NCBI GenBank assembly: GCA_009839425.1
Contig: VXPS01000118.1
Span: 1 to 50,532 of the forward strand
DNA from: Chloroflexota bacterium
Lineage (GTDB): Bacteria > Chloroflexota > UBA11872
DNA: 50,532 bases
Reading direction: 5' to 3'
Shown here: positions 23,286 to 33,334 of the stretch, piece after piece
How the letters are laid out: each line of letters opens with the position of its first letter
How positions within the stretch are numbered: the stretch's first letter is position 1
The notes under the pieces: generated by a model
The model's input: only the letters and a program-made list of their open reading frames with translations
Database searches by the model: none
Told to the model about the DNA's origin: nothing
Made by a program: the position numbers and the translations under genes

Positions 23286-23666
23286 ATGGCTCGAATTGCC
23301 GGCGTTGACATACCACGCCACAAGCCGGTGGTCATTGCACTGACCCATATCTATGGAATCGGACGCACCACCAGTGCTGAGATTGTCCGACAGGCCGACG
23401 TCAATCCGCAGGCTCGCGTCAGCGATCTGACCGAAGCTGAGTTGGGGCGGGTCCGGGCCTTGATCGGTCGCGAGCGGGTTGAAGGGGACTTGCGCCGCGT
23501 TGTGCAGACCAGCATTGCTCGCCTGCGTGAAATAGGTTCCTACCGGGGACTTCGACACCGAATCGGGCTCCCAACGCGCGGACAGCGCACGCGAACCAAC
23601 GCCCGTACGCGCAAAGGACCGCGTCGGACCGTTGGCATTCGCAAGCGTGTGATCAAGCGAGGCTAG
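23286..23666 (+). CDS. rpsM: 30S ribosomal protein S13
   Basis: Trimmed from listed ORF 23217, which overlaps rpmJ, to the ATG at 23286. [15 protein letters not shown] is the canonical S13 start. Confidence 0.95.
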   Translation: MARIAGVDIPRHKPVVIALTHIYGIGRTTSAEIVRQADVNPQARVSDLTEAELGRVRALIGRERVEGDLRRVVQTSIARLREIGSYRGLRHRIGLPTRGQRTRTNARTRKGPRRTVGIRKRVIKRG

Positions 23667-23670
23667 ACGT

Positions 23671-24060
23671 ATGGCCGAACGTTCAAGTCGATCCCGACGT
23701 CGCAGTCGAGCGCCCGTGCCAAGAGGAGCCGCGCACATCCACGCCTCGTTCAACAACACGATCATTACTATCACTGACCCCATGGGCGATACCGTTGCGT
23801 CGGCGAGTGGAGGGACCATCGGCGCACGTGGATCGCGCAAGAGCACGCCCTTCGCCGCACAACAGGCTGCGGAGCAAGCCGCTCAGCGCGCCATGGACGC
23901 CGGAATGCGTGACATCAACGTGTTTGTCAAGGGGCCAGGATCCGGTCGCGACGCCGCCGTGCGTGCACTACAGGCCGTTGGACTCAATGTCTCCAGCATC
24001 TCGGATGTCACGCCTATCCCTCATAACGGTCCGCGCCCGCCCAAGCGTCGGCGCGTATAA
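23671..24060 (+). CDS. rpsK: 30S ribosomal protein S11
   Basis: Listed [24 protein letters not shown] motif. Confidence 0.96.
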   Translation: MAERSSRSRRRSRAPVPRGAAHIHASFNNTIITITDPMGDTVASASGGTIGARGSRKSTPFAAQQAAEQAAQRAMDAGMRDINVFVKGPGSGRDAAVRALQAVGLNVSSISDVTPIPHNGPRPPKRRRV

Positions 24061-24090
24061 GCCGCAACTAGAACAGAGAGACAGATTCGA

Positions 24091-24723
24091 ATGGCCCGCT
24101 ACACAGGACCTGTTTGCCGCCTCTGCCGGCGCGAGGGAGAAAAGCTCTTTCTCAAGGGCGACCGCTGCCACACACCGAAGTGCGCCATCGAGCGCCGCGG
24201 TGATCGTGGTGGTCCAGGATCCCGCGGTTTCAGCCGGAGGCGGCCGACGGAGTACGCCATTCAGTTGCGCGAAAAGCAGAAGGCTCGCCGGATCTACGGA
24301 GTGCTCGAACGCCAGTTCCGTCGTCACTATCGGATGGCAGGCAAGCAGAGCGGCCCCCGCGGCGAGCGTCTGCTTCAGTTGTTGGAACTACGAGCGGACA
24401 GTGTCGTTTACCGGATGGGCTTTGGGCTCAGCCGCGCGCACGCGCGTCAACTCATTCAGCACGGCCACATCGAGCTGAACACCCGCAAGCACGATATCCC
24501 GTCGGCTGTTCTGGGCGTCGGCGACAGAGTTCGGCTGCGCCAGAAGAGCCGCAACATCGACGCTGTTAAGAATGCATTGGACCGTGCCGAAGCGCTAGGC
24601 CGACCCGCGTGGCTATCGGTGGATCCCGAGGCGTTCGAGGGCACCATCAACGCGATCCCCGATCGCAACCAAATCGACGCGACACTCAACGAGCAATTGA
24701 TCGTGGAGTTCTACTCGCGCTAA
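24091..24723 (+). CDS. rpsD: 30S ribosomal protein S4
   Basis: Listed ORF. MARYTGPVCRLCRREGEKLFLKGDRC N-terminus and an S4 RNA-binding domain. Confidence 0.96.
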   Translation: MARYTGPVCRLCRREGEKLFLKGDRCHTPKCAIERRGDRGGPGSRGFSRRRPTEYAIQLREKQKARRIYGVLERQFRRHYRMAGKQSGPRGERLLQLLELRADSVVYRMGFGLSRAHARQLIQHGHIELNTRKHDIPSAVLGVGDRVRLRQKSRNIDAVKNALDRAEALGRPAWLSVDPEAFEGTINAIPDRNQIDATLNEQLIVEFYSR

Positions 24724-24771
24724 TCCCTGCGCGACAGTCCGTGTAACCGGACAGGAAGGTAAGGACCAGCG

Positions 24772-25749
24772 GTGTTTCTTGGACCCGTTGAATCAGCTCA
24801 GGCCGAAGCCGATATCCAGCCGACCGTGCAGACGGTCGAGGTTGGCGACAACTACGCGCATTTTCACATCGAGCCGCTGCGCCGCGGTTTTGCGCACACG
24901 CTGGGCAATCCCTTGCGCCGTGTGCTGCTCTCGGCCCTACCGGGCGCGGCGATCGCCACCGCTCGCGTGGACAGCGCCTTGCACGAGTTCAGCACCCTGG
25001 ACTTTATGCGCGAAGACCTCGTCGAGTTTCTTCTCAATGTCAAGGGCGTTCGCCTCAGATCGCACGACGCCGATTCCGCCGTTCTCTATCTGGAGGCTGA
25101 AGGTCCCGTCGAGGTCACCGCTGATGACCTTGAGCTCCCGAGCGGGGTCGAAATCGTAAACCCCGGACATCATCTGGCTTCTCTTACGGGGGCTGGATTC
25201 CTGCGGGCGGAATTTTCGGTCGAGACCGGTGCCGGATACGTCGGCAGCGAGACGCGCGGGGATCTGCCAATCGGCGTCATTCCTCTGGACATGGTGTTTA
25301 GTCCGGTCACCAAAGTCGAATACCACGTGGAACCGGCGCGAGTTGGGCGCGAGTCCGAATACGACCGCCTTGTACTTAAGATCTGGACCGACGGTGCCAT
25401 TAGCCCGGCGGATGCCCTGCGCGGTGCAGCGCAGCTGCTTATTGAGTCCTTTCAACTCATCGCAGGCGTTGACGAAACCATGGACGTGGTGACGTCCGCG
25501 TTCATGCCGCCGATGCCGGAAGCTGAAGGCGATCCGCTGGAAGACCTCAAGCTCTCGAACCGAGCCTTGAACAGTCTCAAGCGGCACGAACTTGAGACTG
25601 TCCAGGAGCTTGTCGGTCTGTCTGAGAACGACCTCTACGAACTCCGCGGGATGGGCGAGCGCCTGGTCACCGAAATTCGCGAGGCTTTGGCCATGCGCGG
25701 GCTCACGCTGGCCGACAACGCGCCGGCGCCGGACGAAAACCAGGAGTAG
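24772..25749 (+). CDS. rpoA: DNA-directed RNA polymerase alpha subunit
   Basis: Listed ORF with GTG start. [16 protein letters not shown] motif and a C-terminal domain containing [22 protein letters not shown]. Confidence 0.96.
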   Translation: MFLGPVESAQAEADIQPTVQTVEVGDNYAHFHIEPLRRGFAHTLGNPLRRVLLSALPGAAIATARVDSALHEFSTLDFMREDLVEFLLNVKGVRLRSHDADSAVLYLEAEGPVEVTADDLELPSGVEIVNPGHHLASLTGAGFLRAEFSVETGAGYVGSETRGDLPIGVIPLDMVFSPVTKVEYHVEPARVGRESEYDRLVLKIWTDGAISPADALRGAAQLLIESFQLIAGVDETMDVVTSAFMPPMPEAEGDPLEDLKLSNRALNSLKRHELETVQELVGLSENDLYELRGMGERLVTEIREALAMRGLTLADNAPAPDENQE

Positions 25750-25754
25750 TTCCA

Positions 25755-26105
25755 ATGCGGCATCGCCGACGTGGACGCCATCTCGGTCGCACCCCCTCGC
25801 AGCGCCGCGCGCTCAAGCGCAACCTGGTCCGGTCGCTGATTCTGCACAACCAGATCGACACTACGCTGGCGCGGGCCAAGGAGATTCGACGAGACGTCGA
25901 CCGGCTGATCACGCTCGCAAAGCGCGGCGATCTACATGCTCGGCGGCAAGCCATCGCTCGGATTCCGGACCCGGAAGCGATCGAGCGGCTCTTTGGAGAC
26001 TTGGCTGATCAATACGCCGATCGACCTGGCGGCTATACGCGAATTCGTCGCCTTGGTGTCCGCCTCGGGGACGGAGCGCCGCTGGCGCGCATGGAGTTGG
26101 TGTGA
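25755..26105 (+). CDS. rplQ: 50S ribosomal protein L17
   Basis: Listed [28 protein letters not shown]-terminus. Confidence 0.96.
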   Translation: MRHRRRGRHLGRTPSQRRALKRNLVRSLILHNQIDTTLARAKEIRRDVDRLITLAKRGDLHARRQAIARIPDPEAIERLFGDLADQYADRPGGYTRIRRLGVRLGDGAPLARMELV

Positions 26106-26893
26106 CTCAAGTTCGAACTGTTCGCGCCACGGTGGAGTACGACGGGGCGGGCTTTCAGGGTTTCCAGCGGCAGCGCAGCTCGCGGACGGTGCAGGGTGTC
26201 CTGGAGACCGCCGTGCGAGCCGCCACTGGCGATGACGAAACGGTTGCCGGCGCTGGGCGGACCGACAGTGGAGTTCATGCGCTGGGCCAGGTGATTGCCT
26301 TTCGTACCCAATCGCGACTGGACGATGGCACTCTGCTCAGGGCGCTCAACGCGCACTTGCCGGCAGACGTGGCGATCCGAGACCTTGCAACGGCGGCGCC
26401 CGGGTTTGATCCACGTCGGGACGCCACAGTACGAGTCTACGAGTACCGCATTGAGCAGCGACCTGTGCGGCCCGTTCTGGACCGCACGCGCGCATGGCAC
26501 GTTGGAAAGACTCTCGACTTGGCGCGCATGCGGTCGGCGGCCGCCGTGATGGTCGGGAGCCACGACTTCGACGCTTTTACCGCAGGAGCCCAGGTGAGTA
26601 CCAGGCGCGAGGTGTTTGCGCTGGAGGTGTGGCGGGAAGCGAGCACCATTCTCATACGCATTGCAGCCAATGCGTTTCTGTACCGCATGGTGCGGCGAAT
26701 CGTCACAACCCTGGTTCGCGCCGGCCGGTGCGAGATCGACGCGGCGGATGTCACCGCACTCCTGACACCCGCAGCCAGATCGCAGATTCGCGGCACGGCT
26801 CCCGCACACGGCCTTACCTTGCTGCGGGTGGAGTATCCCAACGTTGAGTCTCGATACAATCGGCAACGCATGACACAGGCGGTGAGGTCGTGA
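26102..26893 (+). CDS. truA: tRNA pseudouridine(38-40) synthase
   Basis: Listed [17 protein letters not shown] and the catalytic region [18 protein letters not shown] overlap with rplQ. Confidence 0.93.
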   Translation: MTQVRTVRATVEYDGAGFQGFQRQRSSRTVQGVLETAVRAATGDDETVAGAGRTDSGVHALGQVIAFRTQSRLDDGTLLRALNAHLPADVAIRDLATAAPGFDPRRDATVRVYEYRIEQRPVRPVLDRTRAWHVGKTLDLARMRSAAAVMVGSHDFDAFTAGAQVSTRREVFALEVWREASTILIRIAANAFLYRMVRRIVTTLVRAGRCEIDAADVTALLTPAARSQIRGTAPAHGLTLLRVEYPNVESRYNRQRMTQAVRS

Positions 26894-27306
26894 GCGATCA
26901 AAGCGGGCGGCGATGGGTGGTGGTTGACGCCTCAGGACAGACGCTGGGGCGGCTGGCCACGCGAATTGCGCATGTATTGCGCGGGAAAGACCAGCCGACG
27001 TTCTCTCCTAATGTTGACGACGGGGCTGGAGTGATCGTGATCAATGCTGCGCGCGTTCGCGTTACCGGACGCAAGCTAGAGCAGAAGTTCTACGCTCGGC
27101 ACAGTGGGTACCCTGGTGGCATTCGGATGACGCGACTGGACGAAATGCTTACTCGACGGCCCGACCGGGTGATTCGACTTGCCGTCAAGGGGATGTTGCC
27201 GAAGAACTCGCTCGGCCGCCGCGCATTGAAGCGCCTTCGCGTCTACGACGGTCCTGAACACCGGCACGAGGCCCAGCGGCCCCAGATTCTCGAGGTAGGC
27301 GCATGA
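26890..27306 (+). CDS. rplM: 50S ribosomal protein L13
   Basis: Listed ORF with GTG start. WVVVDASGQTLGRLATRIAHVLRGK motif. Confidence 0.95.
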   Translation: MSDQSGRRWVVVDASGQTLGRLATRIAHVLRGKDQPTFSPNVDDGAGVIVINAARVRVTGRKLEQKFYARHSGYPGGIRMTRLDEMLTRRPDRVIRLAVKGMLPKNSLGRRALKRLRVYDGPEHRHEAQRPQILEVGA

Positions 27307-27698
27307 CGTTGGAAGGCCACTACTACTACGGGCTGGGACGCCGCAAGGCCGCGGTCGCGCAGGTTCGCGTCTACCCTGGGCATGGGCCATTTGTAGTCAA
27401 TGGACGTCCGATCGAGGAATTCCTGTCCGTTCCCGATCACCGGTTCCACGCACTGGAGCCGCTGCGAATGCTTGAGGAGATGTCGGTTGGCATTTCGGCG
27501 CGAGTGACGGGCGGTGGGACGCGCGGCCAAGCGGGGGCGATTCGGCTTGGGCTGGCGCGTGCGCTAGTGGCCATGGAAGCTGAGAATCGACCGAAGCTCA
27601 AGCAGGCCGGCATGTTGACCCGTGATCCGCGGGCCAAGGAGCGAAAGAAGCCTGGTCTGGTTCGGGCGCGCAAGGCCAAGCAGTTCACCAAGCGCTAG
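27303..27698 (+). CDS. rpsI: 30S ribosomal protein S9
   Basis: Listed ORF. GGGTRGQAGAIRLGLARAL and C-terminal ARKAKQFTKR. Confidence 0.96.
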   Translation: MTLEGHYYYGLGRRKAAVAQVRVYPGHGPFVVNGRPIEEFLSVPDHRFHALEPLRMLEEMSVGISARVTGGGTRGQAGAIRLGLARALVAMEAENRPKLKQAGMLTRDPRAKERKKPGLVRARKAKQFTKR

Positions 27699-28300
27699 AC
27701 GTCGAGCGAGGGTCTTTCCGGCTCCTCTGAGCCGAGCTGCAGGTCAAGTTCTGGAAGCTCGTCCAGTGACGTGAGACCGAAGTAGGCCAGAAACGTATCG
27801 GTCGTCGTGAACACCGCAGGCCGCCCCGGGGCATCAAGACGTCCGGCTTCACGAAGCAGATTTCGCGCGAGCAGCGAAGCTAGCGCGCTGTCGGAGTCGA
27901 CGCCGCGCACACGCTCAATTTCTGCACGCGTTGCCTGTCCGCGATATGCCACGATTCCCAGCGTCTCCAAGGCTGCCCGTGATGGCTGCCGGCGTTGGTC
28001 CAGGCCCAGGAGCCGACGGCAGTGGTCCGCAAGATCGGGAGCGGAGACCAGCCGGAAGGCATTGCGGTGCTCGAGCAGGATGATGCCGCGCGTGCGGTAA
28101 TGCTCGATCAGTTCGCTCAGCGCTTCTCGAACCTCGACCTCCGACGCACCGGTGACGCCGCCAATCTCAACTGCCGAGAGGGCGCGGTCTGCCACGAACA
28201 GTAACCCTTCGATCGTGCGCGCCAAGCCGAAGTCGCCTTGCAGTCTGTCGGCCACGGCGTCCTGATCGGGATCGGGGCAGGCGTCGCTATCTGTCGCCAT
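27695..28300 (-). CDS. scpB: Segregation and condensation protein B
   Basis: Trimmed from listed ORF end 28393 to the ATG at 28300 (MATDSD...), leaving a 14-nt overlap with scpA. ScpB motifs IEGLLFVA, ALETLGIVAYRGQATRAEIERVRGV and GRPAVFTTTDTFLAYFGL. The start is uncertain. Confidence 0.88.
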   Translation of the reverse strand: MATDSDACPDPDQDAVADRLQGDFGLARTIEGLLFVADRALSAVEIGGVTGASEVEVREALSELIEHYRTRGIILLEHRNAFRLVSAPDLADHCRRLLGLDQRRQPSRAALETLGIVAYRGQATRAEIERVRGVDSDSALASLLARNLLREAGRLDAPGRPAVFTTTDTFLAYFGLTSLDELPELDLQLGSEEPERPSLDV

Positions 28301-29042
28301 GTCCGCGAGTGGATCTGAGCACGATGGATCCAAAGGTTCCCGACTGCTCGACAGTTGCCGCACGCTGTTTGACCAGGTGAAGCACGGCGACAAACGTGGC
28401 GATGAGTTCGGCGCGGTCGGCGCAGGCGGCCGCGATCGTATCGAAGGCCAGCGTTCCGTCCGATCTCAACCTGGCTTGCAGATCCTGCACCTTATCCGCC
28501 ACACGAAATCGCCGTGTTGGCGTCTCGATGAGTGACTCAATGGGCGTATCGACTTGGGTCAATTGCTCCAGCGCCGCGAGTAGCCGCATCAGGTCGCCGG
28601 ACCCAGGTTCGGGGGACGGCTGGGGAAGGCTCGGCTGCGCAACCCGAATGAACGACGACTCGCCGGCGCGCAGACGTGCATCGAGGTCCATGGCCACTGC
28701 CTTGAACGCCGCGTACACCCGAAGTCGCTCCGCCAGGTCGTCGACCGACTCGTCCTCATCCTCGGGCTCGACTTGCGGAAGCAGCGCTCGCGACTTCAGC
28801 AGCGCCAGACGCGACGCGACGAGAAGAAACTCCGAGGCCGCCTCCGCAAACTGCTCGTGCAGTTGGTGAGCGTAGGAGACGAACTGGTCGGTGACGGCAA
28901 GCACCGAGACGCCCGTGATGTCCAGACCTTGCTTCTCAATCAACTGAACAAGGAGATCGAGCGGACCCTCGAAATCGTCGATGTCAATCTCGAAGCCGCC
29001 CAGGGCGCTGGCCTGCCCGACGGGTCCCCAAGTCGCGGTCAC
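28287..29042 (-). CDS. scpA: Segregation and condensation protein A
   Basis: Listed ORF with GTG start. The N-terminal FEGPLDLLVQLIEKQGLDITGVSVLAVTDQF motif is typical of ScpA. Confidence 0.92.
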   Translation of the reverse strand: MTATWGPVGQASALGGFEIDIDDFEGPLDLLVQLIEKQGLDITGVSVLAVTDQFVSYAHQLHEQFAEAASEFLLVASRLALLKSRALLPQVEPEDEDESVDDLAERLRVYAAFKAVAMDLDARLRAGESSFIRVAQPSLPQPSPEPGSGDLMRLLAALEQLTQVDTPIESLIETPTRRFRVADKVQDLQARLRSDGTLAFDTIAAACADRAELIATFVAVLHLVKQRAATVEQSGTFGSIVLRSTRGHGDR

Positions 29043-29548
29043 AGCCGGGCGTCCAGTTCAGCCAGCCGTCGTCCGCGTTCGTGTTCGTGATATCCGTAGC
29101 AGCGCAGCGTCTCGACCACATCCGCTCGCGATCCGGCCAGTTCGGCGAGGCGCGCGCTGGCTTCGGTATCGCCAACGAGACGGGCGATTCGTCCCCGTCG
29201 TGACGTAGGCGAACAGAGTTGCCATCGCAGCAGCAGCCATGGCGCCAGGGCTTTAATGAGCGTCAGGCCCGTACGGTCCGCTAATCCTGGCCGACCCTTT
29301 CCAACGTCGTGGAGCAGCGCGGCTATGTGCAACGCCCCGTCTTCAGGCCGGACGTCCTGAGCCGCCGCATACACGGCCAGCGCATGGCGTTGATCGGCCG
29401 AACTGAGGCGCTGAAACAGCGTCCGCTCGTCCACGTTGAGTCGCTGCATGGCCTGATCGCGTGAATTCGCTGGAACGCGCGGATCAAAGAACGCCAACGC
29501 CTGCCGCAGCCGGTAGCTAACCCCCAAGGAGCAGCCTCGTGGCCCCAA
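29039..29548 (-). CDS. HD-domain protein (putative metal-dependent phosphohydrolase)
   Basis: Listed ORF. HD signature in IAALLHDVGKG, preceded by DQRHALAV. Only TTG starts are available (29548 or 29527). The stop overlaps the scpA GTG. Confidence 0.7.
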   Translation of the reverse strand: MGPRGCSLGVSYRLRQALAFFDPRVPANSRDQAMQRLNVDERTLFQRLSSADQRHALAVYAAAQDVRPEDGALHIAALLHDVGKGRPGLADRTGLTLIKALAPWLLLRWQLCSPTSRRGRIARLVGDTEASARLAELAGSRADVVETLRCYGYHEHERGRRLAELDARL

Positions 29549-30146
29549 GCACCGGGCCGCTGATGATACCGGTGGCTCCGGGAACGATGGCGATCAGCAG
29601 AAAGAGTCCGATTAACAGTCCGGGTCCGTACCTCCGAAACCCGTCCAATCGGTTGGCCGCGTCACGCGGCACCAGGCCGATCAGCACGCTGAACCCATCG
29701 AGCGGAGGCAGCGGAATGAGATTGAACACGGCGAGGAAGAGGTTCAACTGGATGATCAGTACCACGGCGACGGTGATTAGGTCTGTCCCCGAGCCGGACG
29801 CAAGTTCCCTGGCGACTGGCGCGAGTACGAGAGCCAGCGCCACATTGGAGGCCGGTCCCGCGGCGGCGACCAAAGCCATGCCGCGATGCGAGCCGAACCG
29901 CAGACGGTAGGGATTGACCAGCACCGGACGTCCCCAGCCGAACGAGGCGATGAGGATCATGACCGTGCCGAGGAAATCCAGATGCCGCAGCGGGTTCAAT
30001 GTCACCCGTCCCTGAAGCCGCGGCAGATCGTCCCCCAGCCAGGTCGCCACCAGCGCGTGGCTGGCTTCGTGCAGGGTGATCGCGATGACGAACGCGATAG
30101 CAACGATGAGAAAGAGCTGCGGGTCCTGGGCCAGACGAAGCAGCAT
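29517..30146 (-). CDS. Site-2 protease family (M50) membrane metalloprotease
   Basis: Listed ORF. HExxH as LHEASHAL, an NLIPLPPLDG motif, and several hydrophobic helices. Confidence 0.85.
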   Translation of the reverse strand: MLLRLAQDPQLFLIVAIAFVIAITLHEASHALVATWLGDDLPRLQGRVTLNPLRHLDFLGTVMILIASFGWGRPVLVNPYRLRFGSHRGMALVAAAGPASNVALALVLAPVARELASGSGTDLITVAVVLIIQLNLFLAVFNLIPLPPLDGFSVLIGLVPRDAANRLDGFRRYGPGLLIGLFLLIAIVPGATGIISGPVLGATRLLLGG

Positions 30147-30258
30147 GCGGTTGCTCCAATCCCCCTAGCCGGCGAGTGCTTGGCGTGGTGCCGGAACGAG
30201 TTCTAAGGTCCACATCGCGCAAATGCGCCATTCCGCCGCAGGCAGTGACTCATGGAAT

Positions 30259-31026
30259 CTAATCATCGATGCGCTCAACCGTCACCGCGTCACCGATGCG
30301 ACAGCCAAGTCTCTGGGAGGCTGAGCCGCACGGCACCGCAATCTCCAGCAGGTTCCAGCTACCAATCAGGGCCACAGGCTGGTGACCGGTACCGTATGTC
30401 GTGGCCAGGCCCTTGATGCGCGCGTCGCTGACTTGGGTTTCGAGCATGTGGGCAGTCTGCACCAACGCGGCCCCGATGTTGGTGATCAGGTTTCCAAAAG
30501 CGTCAACGTGGATGACTTCGCCTCTGATGTTCGGTCCATCAGAGCACGCGGCTGGTCTGTCGACTCGTGTCGAATCCTGGACGAGCGAGCCAAGCCAGTC
30601 TGGGCGTTCGTAATTCGCGAGACGCGCGGCAATGGGCGCAAAAATGTCGCGGGCGTGAAACGTAGAAGCCACCGTATCCCGCCAAGCCTCCGGTCGGTCG
30701 ATGGACCAGCACTGAATGTCACCCTGAGTAGGTGTCAACAAGCCATTGTCGGGTCCGACCAGCCAGCGCCCGTCGCGCCGCACGATCAGGCCGCGCCTTG
30801 CTGTTCCTACGCCTGGATCGACGACCGCCAGTAGCACGCCGCCCGCCGGCAGAAGCTCAAGCGAGGCGTCGACGATGGACGCTCCGAGTTGAATGTGATG
30901 CGCAGGCACGCCGTGCGTCAGGCTCACAATCGTCGCGTCCGAATGTGCAGCGAGAACCGCGGCCACTTGCCCGGCGTAGGGATCGTCGGTCCCGAAGTCA
31001 GTTAGTAACGCGACGAGGCGGTTCAT
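30259..31026 (-). CDS. SAM hydroxide adenosyltransferase family protein (DUF62, fluorinase/chlorinase-like)
   Basis: Listed ORF. LLTDFGTDDPYAGQ, AVVDPGVGTARR and VGPDNGLLTP motifs match my memory of the DUF62 family. Confidence 0.8.
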   Translation of the reverse strand: MNRLVALLTDFGTDDPYAGQVAAVLAAHSDATIVSLTHGVPAHHIQLGASIVDASLELLPAGGVLLAVVDPGVGTARRGLIVRRDGRWLVGPDNGLLTPTQGDIQCWSIDRPEAWRDTVASTFHARDIFAPIAARLANYERPDWLGSLVQDSTRVDRPAACSDGPNIRGEVIHVDAFGNLITNIGAALVQTAHMLETQVSDARIKGLATTYGTGHQPVALIGSWNLLEIAVPCGSASQRLGCRIGDAVTVERIDD

Positions 31027-31928
31027 GCTTGGGCCGCCGGCAGTCCATAAGCTGGCCGCGCCCGAAGTGCGCCTTGCACGACAGCGGCCGAGAACGCCTC
31101 GGCGGCGGCGTGCCCGACGGTTGTGAGATCGACGTTCCCGGCTCTGGCGCCCACCGAAACCGCGAAGATTGTGTCGCCGTCCGACAGGCCGTGGGCCGGG
31201 CGCACGGCTCGCGCCAGGCCGTCGTGCGACATTTCGGCAATCTTCCGAAGCTGCCAGCGCTCCAACGCGGCATTCACGGCCACAACGCCGACCGTTGTGT
31301 TCTGGCCGAATCCCGGACGAGTTGTGCCCGAAGCTGCGGCCAGCTGCCGACCGGTATTTGGATCATGGACGGCGCCCGCCGGGTTCACAACCGCCAGGGC
31401 GCCTGCCAGGACGTCCCCGTTGCACGACAGAGCGCTGCCAAGGCCGCCCTTCAGACAGCCTTCGCCGAAACCAATGGTGGCGCCGGTTCCCGCGCCCACG
31501 TTGCCTTGCGAAACGGGGTCTGTGGTTGCCGCATCGGTGGCTGCCTCGCCCGCGGCGACATCCGGCCGAACTGACGGATCGCCGACCGACAGGTCGTAAA
31601 TCACGGCCCCCGGCACGATTGGCACAGGCCCGGCGCTCGTGGGGAACCCGCGACCTCTTGCTTCCAGGTAGCGCATCACCCCGTCGGCCGCCGCCAGTCC
31701 GTACGCGCTGCCGCCGGTCAAGAGAATCGCGTCCGCCTGCGCAACCAGCCCGCCCGGATGCAGCACGTCCGTCTCGCGAGTCCCCGGGGCCGATCCGCGA
31801 ACGTCCACGGCGGCCGGCAGGGCCTGGCCGAAGAGCACGACGGTGCAGCCGGTCCCGGCCGCCGCATGTGTCCAGTGCCCCACGCGAACGCCCGGAAGCG
31901 CGGTCAACGTTCGATTCGCGTTTGCCAC
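31023..31928 (-). CDS. P1/S58 family peptidase (DmpA-like aminopeptidase)
   Basis: Listed ORF with GTG start. GVRVGHWT, TGCTVVLF, VDVRGSAPGTRETD and NTTVGVVAVNA motifs. ATGA overlap with the downstream DUF62 gene. Confidence 0.8.
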   Translation of the reverse strand: MANANRTLTALPGVRVGHWTHAAAGTGCTVVLFGQALPAAVDVRGSAPGTRETDVLHPGGLVAQADAILLTGGSAYGLAAADGVMRYLEARGRGFPTSAGPVPIVPGAVIYDLSVGDPSVRPDVAAGEAATDAATTDPVSQGNVGAGTGATIGFGEGCLKGGLGSALSCNGDVLAGALAVVNPAGAVHDPNTGRQLAAASGTTRPGFGQNTTVGVVAVNAALERWQLRKIAEMSHDGLARAVRPAHGLSDGDTIFAVSVGARAGNVDLTTVGHAAAEAFSAAVVQGALRARPAYGLPAAQA

Positions 31929-31997
31929 TCACGGTCCCGGGAGAGTCGTTTGGTCTGATTGTCACAGACTCAGGGCCGCGCCCGAATAGAATCGCTC

Positions 31998-33275
31998 ATG
32001 GTGCGACGTCTGTCCCGGCGTACGTTCATCGCAGCGGCGGCAATGGCTACCGCCGCGTGCGGCGCCGCGGTTCAATCAAGCGATCTGCCTCAGGCGATGG
32101 TAGTTGCGGAAGGCGATGAACCTCAGGCTGACTTGTCGAAGGCGTTAGCCGACAACCGACAACTGCGCGCGAGCCTAATGGCCGACACGGATCGTCTGGC
32201 GCGACTGGATGCAGCCTCGTCGCTACGCACGTCGGCTCTTGGAAACGCCCTGGTTCGGTCTATCGATGCGCTTGGACTCGACGCCGAACGTCGAGAGTTT
32301 CTGGCCCTCGGTCGCGGTCTACCCTCCGTGAGCCTGCGGGTGGACGGCGACTTCATCCTCGCCGCGGGCATGATCTACTCGGCCGTCGGCGTGGTCGAGG
32401 GCCCATTGCGCCAGGCCGACGTCGACGACGAGGGCGTGCTACGCGGCTCGGGCTACGACGGAGCCGTGGTGCTAATCGCTCGGGGTGTCACGCCCTTTCG
32501 AGTCATCGGCCGGCTTCTGGAAGACGCCGGCGCGGCGGCCGTCATCGTCTACAACAACAGGCCGGGTCTGCTCTACGGCACGCTCAGTCAACCATCGGGT
32601 ATCCCAGTGGTCGCCGTGACGGAGGAGGCGGGAGAAGACCTGCTCGAGCGCCTGGAGCGCGGCGAGCCACAGGCTCTGGTGGACGTCACGCCGCCGCCAC
32701 GATCCTTCGAGGGCGCCAATGTGATCGGGCATCGGGCGGGACCATTGCGGCGGCAGATCGTCGTCGCCACGCCGGCCGACACTCCGTTGGGCGACTACGC
32801 CGATGGCGGCAACGCCGACGGACTTGCGCTACTGCTTGCCCTGGCGCGCCACGCTGATGACGTGAGCGCCAGGCATTCGATCACCTTTGTCGCATTTGAC
32901 GCCACCCATCGCGGCTACGTCGGCAGCCGCTGGTACCTGGCGCACCTCTCAGACGACGAACGCGCGTCCATTGACGCCGTCCTCACATTCGATCGCCCTG
33001 GACGCTCCCCTCCCTTGCACCTCGGCGCGTCCGAGGATTTGGTGCCGCTGATCAATCAGCGACTCAAGGCTGACGGGGCGGATCTTCGCGTCACGCGCGA
33101 CTTTGGCGTGGGACGCGGCGACCATGACACATTTGCCGCTCGAGGCGTGCCGTACATCTTTCTTTCCCCAGCCGGTCACGGCCGGATTTCGGCGGACCAC
33201 CTGTTGTCCGCATTCCATGTCGCTGCGGCCGCGCTCGAAGTTCTGGACGGACATGACGCGACATCCACGAAATAG
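31998..33275 (+). CDS. Tat/lipobox lipoprotein with a PA domain and an M28-peptidase-like domain whose catalytic residues look degenerate
   Basis: Trimmed from the listed TTG at 31959 to the ATG at 31998. The N-terminus MVRRLSRRTFIAAAAMATAACG has a twin-arginine motif plus a lipobox Cys. PA-like segment AVVLIARGVTPF...AAAVIVYNN. M28-like segments NVIGH, GGNADGLALLLALAR, GSRWYL and GDHDTFAARGVPY. Confidence 0.7.
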   Translation: MVRRLSRRTFIAAAAMATAACGAAVQSSDLPQAMVVAEGDEPQADLSKALADNRQLRASLMADTDRLARLDAASSLRTSALGNALVRSIDALGLDAERREFLALGRGLPSVSLRVDGDFILAAGMIYSAVGVVEGPLRQADVDDEGVLRGSGYDGAVVLIARGVTPFRVIGRLLEDAGAAAVIVYNNRPGLLYGTLSQPSGIPVVAVTEEAGEDLLERLERGEPQALVDVTPPPRSFEGANVIGHRAGPLRRQIVVATPADTPLGDYADGGNADGLALLLALARHADDVSARHSITFVAFDATHRGYVGSRWYLAHLSDDERASIDAVLTFDRPGRSPPLHLGASEDLVPLINQRLKADGADLRVTRDFGVGRGDHDTFAARGVPYIFLSPAGHGRISADHLLSAFHVAAAALEVLDGHDATSTK

Positions 33276-33334
33276 CGAGCGCGTCCCAGCAAGTCAGGGC
33301 CGATCCCGAATTTCCCCAATCTGCGGTGCTTGGA

